Position numbers and translations under genes: made by a program. DNA of 64,000 bases, from positions 770,763-834,762 of the forward strand of contig OZ223280.1 in assembly GCA_965140615.1 (NCBI GenBank), read 5' to 3'. Within the stretch, counting starts at the first letter, position 1; each line of letters starts with the position of its first letter. Below are positions 58,127 through 64,000 of the stretch, one piece after another. Under the pieces are notes generated by a model that worked only from the letters and a program-made list of their open reading frames with translations, was not told where the DNA came from and searched no databases. Source of the stretch: Candidatus Cloacimonadales bacterium. Lineage in GTDB: Bacteria > Cloacimonadota > Cloacimonadia > G963667145.

Positions 58127-59425
58127 TTAGCAGCTTTTTTTGTCAACTGTTAAATATTGCTGGAGCAATTCTGCTAATAAGTGGGGAATTTGGTTTACCT
58201 CTTCTGGGGAAGCTACATATGAAAGCCTGAGTTGATAGTGCTTGTTTTTTGAGTTTGAGAGGTAAAAACTGGTTAATGGGGTAAAAAGTAGGGTTAAGTA
58301 GCCGTTTTTTGTGAAAACTTTGCCTTTTTCAGCACAAAACTGGCAAAATTTTTCTATTTTGAAGCTTTTGGGCACGACATTTCGTAAATCTACGACGGAG
58401 TAAAGAGCAGATTCGGGGGAAGAGACAATTACCTTAGGGATGCTCCTTTTTAGTTCATTTGTGGTAGAAATTATCAAATTTTGGTAGTAATTTCGTAAAT
58501 CTTTGTACCATTTCTGTAAATTTTTCTCTTTTTCAGTGGAAATTCCCCCAACGATGTACTGATCTATTGCCCCAGCACACAGGTGAGATGATGCGGAGAT
58601 GATAGCTTTTTGGATGAACTCTTTGTTGTCGCTGACTAAAGCTCCTATTCTTAGTCCACAGCCGTTTAATCCTTTGGAGACTGTTTCGATGCTTACTCTT
58701 CTTTTGCTGATGCCGGGAACTTTTGTTTCGTCGATTTTCCAAATGGATGGTGATTCTTGCTGTGTGTAGTGCAAAAATCTGTATGCTTCGTCGCTAATCA
58801 TCCACAGATTGTGTTTCACGCAAAGTTTAGCAACTTTGACCATCTCTTCTTGTGAGAGGAGTTTGCCTGTGGGGTTATCGTAAGGGATGACGAGGATAGC
58901 TCCGGGGTTGTGGTGTTTGATGACCTCCTCTAGGTCTGTGTTGCAACGAAAGTGCCCATCTGCAGCTAAAGCGTAGGGTAGCACGACGATGGGTATCTGG
59001 TAGGAGCTTGCTATGCTGATGTAGTTGGAGTAGGTCGGCTCGGAGATGATGAGAGGGCGTTGCTTTTGGCAACAGCCTAGTAGTGCCAAGTCCATAGCTT
59101 GTGAGCCTCCACTGGTGACTATCAGCTCTAAGTTGTCTGTTTTAGCTCCGCAGAGCGATATCATCTTTTTGAAAGCTTCTTTGGTGTCTTCTCTGCCAGA
59201 TGTGGCGGTATATTTCACTATTCCTTGTCCTAACTCAGGGTGTTGTCCTATTTCTTTGAGCCTTTTTAGCATAGCTGGGTGTATGGGCATGCTTACATTA
59301 CCGATGGAGGCGTTGATAGCTTTTGTGGAGTCGGTACGATTGGCAAAGCATTGCTGAGCTTGTCTGATGGCTGAGATGGTTAGATTTTGGAAATATTTGG
59401 AAAAGTCAAGCTGCTTATCACCCAT
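58127..59425 (-). CDS. PLP-dependent aminotransferase class I/II
   Basis: TSGGSQA, EPTYSNY, DNPTG, ISDEAY and SK....CGLRIG motifs. Confidence 0.92.
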   Translation of the reverse strand: MGDKQLDFSKYFQNLTISAIRQAQQCFANRTDSTKAINASIGNVSMPIHPAMLKRLKEIGQHPELGQGIVKYTATSGREDTKEAFKKMISLCGAKTDNLELIVTSGGSQAMDLALLGCCQKQRPLIISEPTYSNYISIASSYQIPIVVLPYALAADGHFRCNTDLEEVIKHHNPGAILVIPYDNPTGKLLSQEEMVKVAKLCVKHNLWMISDEAYRFLHYTQQESPSIWKIDETKVPGISKRRVSIETVSKGLNGCGLRIGALVSDNKEFIQKAIISASSHLCAGAIDQYIVGGISTEKEKNLQKWYKDLRNYYQNLIISTTNELKRSIPKVIVSSPESALYSVVDLRNVVPKSFKIEKFCQFCAEKGKVFTKNGYLTLLFTPLTSFYLSNSKNKHYQLRLSYVASPEEVNQIPHLLAELLQQYLTVDKKSC

Positions 59426-60002
59426 TATTTTTCTCCTGTTTTTTTTGTTTAAGGTATTTTTGAGCTAAAGAGGAAAATGGCGAACAAAGTTGTAAAGGGA
59501 AATCGAGTAAATATTAAGAAAATACTGAAAAACTCCCAAAAGTACCCCATTTTGCTGAAAAATGCAAAAAAAGGTGTTTGGATATTATGGAATTGCTGAA
59601 ATTTTATGTGAAATTTGGCGAAGAAAATAAGAATTTCGTAGAGAAGTGCAAAAAGGTAAGATAAAGAAAACTGAAAAAATATGCTAAAGTTAAAAGTTAT
59701 AACTTAACGCAATGGTAATAAAAGAAATAACTTTCTGAAACTTTTGTAAAATAGTGAGAATTGTTCAAAAATTTGTGTAAAAGCCATTTTTTTTGTGCAT
59801 AAGTGTGTGTTTTTGCTGTGATTTTATGTTGTATAAATTTTTATTTTTCAGTCTATTAGGTGGGTGTGCTTTATTTCAATATAAATGTGTTGACAACTCT
59901 TTTGCCTCTTATCTTATTGTTAGTATGGGTGGATTGTGGACAATATTGTGAAAATTGAGCACAATTTTTATTTACCCTTATTTTTTTAGAAGGAGTTTTG
60001 TA

Positions 60003-63000
60003 ATCAAAGCATTGAGAATTTTTGGCGTTTTTGCTTTATTTTTGGCTTTTCTGTTGGTAGGCTGTACCGATGTGGTTATGGGTGAGGACGCTTTGAACCC
60101 GCCTGACACGATTTCGGCGTCTATGGGAGATTATGACGACTACATTTTGATCGATTGGTACTCTGTGGGTGAGCAGGTTAGTAGCCTTGTTTCTTACGAT
60201 TTGTATCGGGCAGAGTCGATGAGCGGCGATTATAAATTATTGGCTGATGGCACGAAGTCTAGGACTTTTGCCGATGAGAAGAGTTCTGGTAATCTGAAGT
60301 ATGGACAGGTTTACTACTACAAGGTTCGTAAGGAGAAGAGTGGTAGAAAATCTATCTATAGCGAGATAGCTGCAGGGTATTTGCAGGTGCACACTGTCGT
60401 CGGTAACTCGCTGGAGGCGTCGCAAGGCACTTATGTGGGCAAGGTGAAGCTGAGTTGGACGACCTCGGAAGATATGAGCGAGTATGATGCCCAAGATTTC
60501 TTTTATCGCGTGTATTACGCTCCTGATGATGCTCCTACTCAGGAAAGTCCTTATCAAGATTTCGATGATTTTAGTCAGACAGAGGTTTTTGTAGATGGTC
60601 TGGAGATAGGGGTTACTTATTATTTTGCGGTGCAGGTGGTTTGTAAGAACTACGATTTCATAAAGTCTAAGCTGTCGCTTGCTGTGCAAGGTTGTGTGAA
60701 GATACCGTCCCCTGAGACCGTAGTGGGTTCTAAGGGCGATTATGCGGATTCTGTGCGGGTGAGTTGGTCGGAAGTGCCCGGAGTGGATGGGTTTATTGTT
60801 TACTTTAAACGGAATGTCGATAGTGAAGAGTATGTGATATTGAGTGAGGTGGTGTCTGGTAGTCAGGCGTATGTCAGCAGAGAGGTTTATCATAAGCCCA
60901 CCAGTAAGGATGTAACTTATCTCTATGATGTGAGATCGGTTCTTTCGGAAGGTTTGTCGGAGCTTGTGGAGCGTGTGGATGGCGAGAATGGCTATTTGCT
61001 AAATTTGGGCTTCTGTGGAATTGGCGTGCCAGAGAATTTCAGCTTGGAGTATGTGAACGAAGCTCTAATCTTGAGCTGGGATAGGTTGGAAAATGTTTCT
61101 TTCTACGAAGTGATTTATGCTAGAGATGTCTTTGGTGCTGCCTACGACACGCTTCGGTTCACGCTTGATGATGTCGTTTCTGTTGGTAATAGGATGCAGT
61201 ACGCATTCCCCAAAGAGAAGCTTAGCTTGGGGATTTCTTATGCGTTCCGTTTGAGAGGCGGTAGACGAGTAGACGATTATCACGAAGTTTATTCTGGTTT
61301 TTCAAGTTTGATAAAAGGCTCTTTGCCTGTGCCTAAGCCAACTGTGCTGTACGCCAGCAGAGGAAAGGACGATCTTACTATTACTTGGAGAACGGATGCG
61401 GATATTACCAAGAGCGTTCTTTATTACGGGAAAACTGTGGGCAGGTATTACTATCTGGGTGAGGTTACTTCTGCCAATGGCGTGTTTAGTTTTGTGCATA
61501 GTGCTTTGGTAGAATCTAGTTTCCAAGATGGGACGAAGTACTATTATAAAGCGAAGTCTGTGGTTGGCACGGCTTCTTCTGACTTTTCGGATATGGATAC
61601 TGGCTGGAGCAGAGTAGCACCGCCGAAAGAGTTTATAGCCGATAGTACTTCTTGTTACTCTATAGATTTGTGTTGGTTGCCGTCTAGTGGTGCTTCTTAT
61701 TATGTGTTGTACAGAAATCAAAAAGAGATACCCCTGGATACTATCTACGATGATGACCATTCTCATTATTATACCTATCATGATGAGGAAAGCCTTACTC
61801 CTAGCACTACTTACAACTATTATCTGAGAGCGTATAGCGATTTTGCGGGTGTTTCTGATTTTGCTGATACTGCGATAACGACAAATATAGAAGCTCCTTA
61901 CAATCTGGAGTGTGTAAACGACCAAAATGGATCGGTTAAGCTGAAATGGGAAGTAAGGGGTGTGGAGAACTCGGCTCTGGTAACTAAGGTGTATCGCTAT
62001 GAGAAGGGTGAGCCTTTGAACTCGGCACCGTGGTTGACGGATGTGAGTATCTTTGGCACCGAGGCGGAAGATTTTACGGGTGTGCCGGGCAAAGTTTACA
62101 ACTACTATGTAACTGTCTCTTTGCCCACTATAGGTGAGTCGGCACCGAGTAATGTGGTTGCGGGCTTTTCTAAGCTGGAAGCTCCTACAGGGTTACTGAC
62201 GAGCAAAGGGAAGTTCTCGGACAAGGTAGAGGTGAGCTGGACTGGAAATCCTGACCAAGGAGCACAGAGCTATAAGGTTTACAGAAAAGGGTTTACACGA
62301 GAGAGAGTGAAAGTGGAAGATTGGCAAGTGGTGGGGAGAGTGGATTGCCCAGAAGAGAAAAAGAAGGTTACTTATTACGATTACTACGATATAAGAAGCG
62401 ATAGGTTCTACGCATATTATCTGCAGGCTGACAGGGCTGACTACACAGCGGAGGGTGGAGTAGCGGAAATCTCTAGGATAGACACTGGTTATGTATCTAT
62501 AGCTCCTGTAACGATATTGCATGCTTCTTGGGGTGAGTATAAGGACAGTGTTCGCATTGTGTTCGAAAAGAACCACCTTGCCCAGCAATATTGGGTTTAT
62601 TACAGATTGGATACTTTCTCATTGTTTAAGCCTCTTAACTTCCAAGATGATGGAACTAATATTTTTTTGAATAGCGATGTAGGGGATGATGACACGCTAG
62701 AGTACACTTTTGGTGTGAGCAACCAGACAGATATTCGACCTGGAGAGCTTTTACTTTTGTCGATGAAAGCCTTTAGCGATGAGCACCACAATGTGGCGAG
62801 CGACGATTGGGCTTCTGCTTTTGGCAATCAATATCCTGCTTATCTGAAGTTCCCTGCTCCGACTAATCTGAAGGCTGTGAAGGGTGGCAAATTGAATGTG
62901 GGACTTAGCTGGAATGCTAACTTTGTAGCGAACTTAGATGGCTACCAGATTTGGCGACGGGAGCGGAACGACGCGAGCTCTCATTTCGCCCAGATAGATC

Positions 63001-64000
63001 AAGTGAATGCTGTGAGATACCAAGATATAAGGTATGAAAAGGGTCGGATGTACTCTTATCAGATTAGAGCTTACAGCCAGAGCTTGCAAAACAAGCTTAC
63101 TTTGCTTACAGGATTGGATTCGGGGCTAGTGGTTTCGGAGTTTTCAAATGTTGATTCTGGCTTTGTTTGTTTGGATAAGATTAGCGGGTTTAAGGTGTCG
63201 GGAGATGGTGGTACAGCCAAGCCAGACACAATTTTCGTAGAGCTAAACTCTGTGGGGGGTAAAGCTGATTATCTTTTTTATTATCGAGAGAATGGATCGA
63301 CTGGCGATTTTGCTGAGCTAGCTCCGCCACTGGAAAACTTTAGACTAGAAAAGGGTGTGTGGAAGGGTAGTTGGGCTGTGGCAGACCGTAAGAAATATGA
63401 TATCTTTGTTACGGCGAGCTCGGGGCATATCAAAGACGATGGCGTGAAAGACTCTGTCAAGAGTGAGGTATTGGTAGGATATCGGACTCCCGCTCCTCCC
63501 GATAGTATCACTGCCAGTAAGTTTGATTATCCTGATAAGATAAAGGTGAATTGGGAAAACAAGAACAGTGCAGAATTTTATAATATTAAGAGAACCACCT
63601 TGGAGACTGCGGATGTTACTTATTACCTCGGAGCAGCAGCAGACGATGTTTCATCATCTTACGAGTTAAGCGACAATTTTGGAACTAACAACATGACCTT
63701 TACGGATAAAGGGGTGCTAAGGGGCTACTCTTACCTTTATCAGATAGAGGCTGTGTGCGAGAGCGGCAAGACGGGATATTGTGAGTATGCGAACGCTAAA
63801 GACAGTGCGACGGCTACAGGGTATGTACAGCTGGGAGAGGTAGAGGCTGTCTATGCCAGCAAGGGCAAATACTATCAATATATAGATGTTTCTTGGGATG
63901 CAGAGCCTTTTGTCGATAGCTATGCTGTGTATCGCTTAGATAAGTCAAGTGGAAAAGATGTGTCGGATTTTCTTTATTATAATGACTGTATTGCTGCGGT
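60003..64000 (+). CDS. Large multi-fibronectin type III lipoprotein (partial, over 1300 aa)
   Basis: Absent from the ORF track, apparently because the frame has no stop before the window end. Lipobox LVGC; repeats ASMGDYDDYILIDW, ASQGTYVGKVKLSW, GSKGDYADSVRVSW, TSKGKFSDKVEVSW and ASKGKYYQYIDVSW, plus YYYKV strands. Start is ATC 60003 or TTG 60012. Confidence 0.85.
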   Translation, partial: MKALRIFGVFALFLAFLLVGCTDVVMGEDALNPPDTISASMGDYDDYILIDWYSVGEQVSSLVSYDLYRAESMSGDYKLLADGTKSRTFADEKSSGNLKYGQVYYYKVRKEKSGRKSIYSEIAAGYLQVHTVVGNSLEASQGTYVGKVKLSWTTSEDMSEYDAQDFFYRVYYAPDDAPTQESPYQDFDDFSQTEVFVDGLEIGVTYYFAVQVVCKNYDFIKSKLSLAVQGCVKIPSPETVVGSKGDYADSVRVSWSEVPGVDGFIVYFKRNVDSEEYVILSEVVSGSQAYVSREVYHKPTSKDVTYLYDVRSVLSEGLSELVERVDGENGYLLNLGFCGIGVPENFSLEYVNEALILSWDRLENVSFYEVIYARDVFGAAYDTLRFTLDDVVSVGNRMQYAFPKEKLSLGISYAFRLRGGRRVDDYHEVYSGFSSLIKGSLPVPKPTVLYASRGKDDLTITWRTDADITKSVLYYGKTVGRYYYLGEVTSANGVFSFVHSALVESSFQDGTKYYYKAKSVVGTASSDFSDMDTGWSRVAPPKEFIADSTSCYSIDLCWLPSSGASYYVLYRNQKEIPLDTIYDDDHSHYYTYHDEESLTPSTTYNYYLRAYSDFAGVSDFADTAITTNIEAPYNLECVNDQNGSVKLKWEVRGVENSALVTKVYRYEKGEPLNSAPWLTDVSIFGTEAEDFTGVPGKVYNYYVTVSLPTIGESAPSNVVAGFSKLEAPTGLLTSKGKFSDKVEVSWTGNPDQGAQSYKVYRKGFTRERVKVEDWQVVGRVDCPEEKKKVTYYDYYDIRSDRFYAYYLQADRADYTAEGGVAEISRIDTGYVSIAPVTILHASWGEYKDSVRIVFEKNHLAQQYWVYYRLDTFSLFKPLNFQDDGTNIFLNSDVGDDDTLEYTFGVSNQTDIRPGELLLLSMKAFSDEHHNVASDDWASAFGNQYPAYLKFPAPTNLKAVKGGKLNVGLSWNANFVANLDGYQIWRRERNDASSHFAQIDQVNAVRYQDIRYEKGRMYSYQIRAYSQSLQNKLTLLTGLDSGLVVSEFSNVDSGFVCLDKISGFKVSGDGGTAKPDTIFVELNSVGGKADYLFYYRENGSTGDFAELAPPLENFRLEKGVWKGSWAVADRKKYDIFVTASSGHIKDDGVKDSVKSEVLVGYRTPAPPDSITASKFDYPDKIKVNWENKNSAEFYNIKRTTLETADVTYYLGAAADDVSSSYELSDNFGTNNMTFTDKGVLRGYSYLYQIEAVCESGKTGYCEYANAKDSATATGYVQLGEVEAVYASKGKYYQYIDVSWDAEPFVDSYAVYRLDKSSGKDVSDFLYYNDCIAA

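Noticed and set aside
60237..63511. Six minus-strand ORFs of 72-218 aa
   Set aside because: Shadows of the plus-strand FN3 lipoprotein frame.

Overview
Bacterial chromosome segment that appears to span the replication origin. It comes from an anaerobic, LPS-bearing diderm (lptABC, kdsC, lolA, [FeFe]-hydrogenase maturases). Gene content is reminiscent of Cloacimonadota/FCB-type lineages, but that assignment is inference only. The left arm (1-26 kb, all minus strand) carries pyrB-pyrI-pyrK-pyrD-pyrF, a frameshifted prfB, an antiporter-EIIA fusion, fic, fba, guaD, deoC, proA, thyX, lpt/kdsC/def/yajC, a candidate oriC (about 20.1-20.3 kb) and an hpf-hprK-ptsH-ptsI-yggT-lspA-orf-dnaA run. The right arm (mostly plus strand) carries ychF, ftsK, lolA, an EF-G paralog, manC, DUF368, a HEPN/MNT pair, transporters, hydG, rnhB, abiF, NYN, MarR with two MATE pumps, metG, a solo groES, a pseudo-HtrA, ispD, xseA, hydEF, an IS481-like element, GntR, trpB, an aminotransferase and the 5' part of a giant FN3 lipoprotein. 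The most interesting signals are non-coding. They are a non-canonical GTT-TGA-C prfB frameshift, an unannotated leader-peptide attenuator for pyrB, a Trp-Trp leader for a lone trpB, a candidate AbiF antitoxin RNA, a riboswitch-like RNA before a TSUP transporter, two variant parS sites, an oriC with DnaA-trios, and an IS with a 15-bp target duplication. All calls come from motif recognition by eye; no database searches were run.
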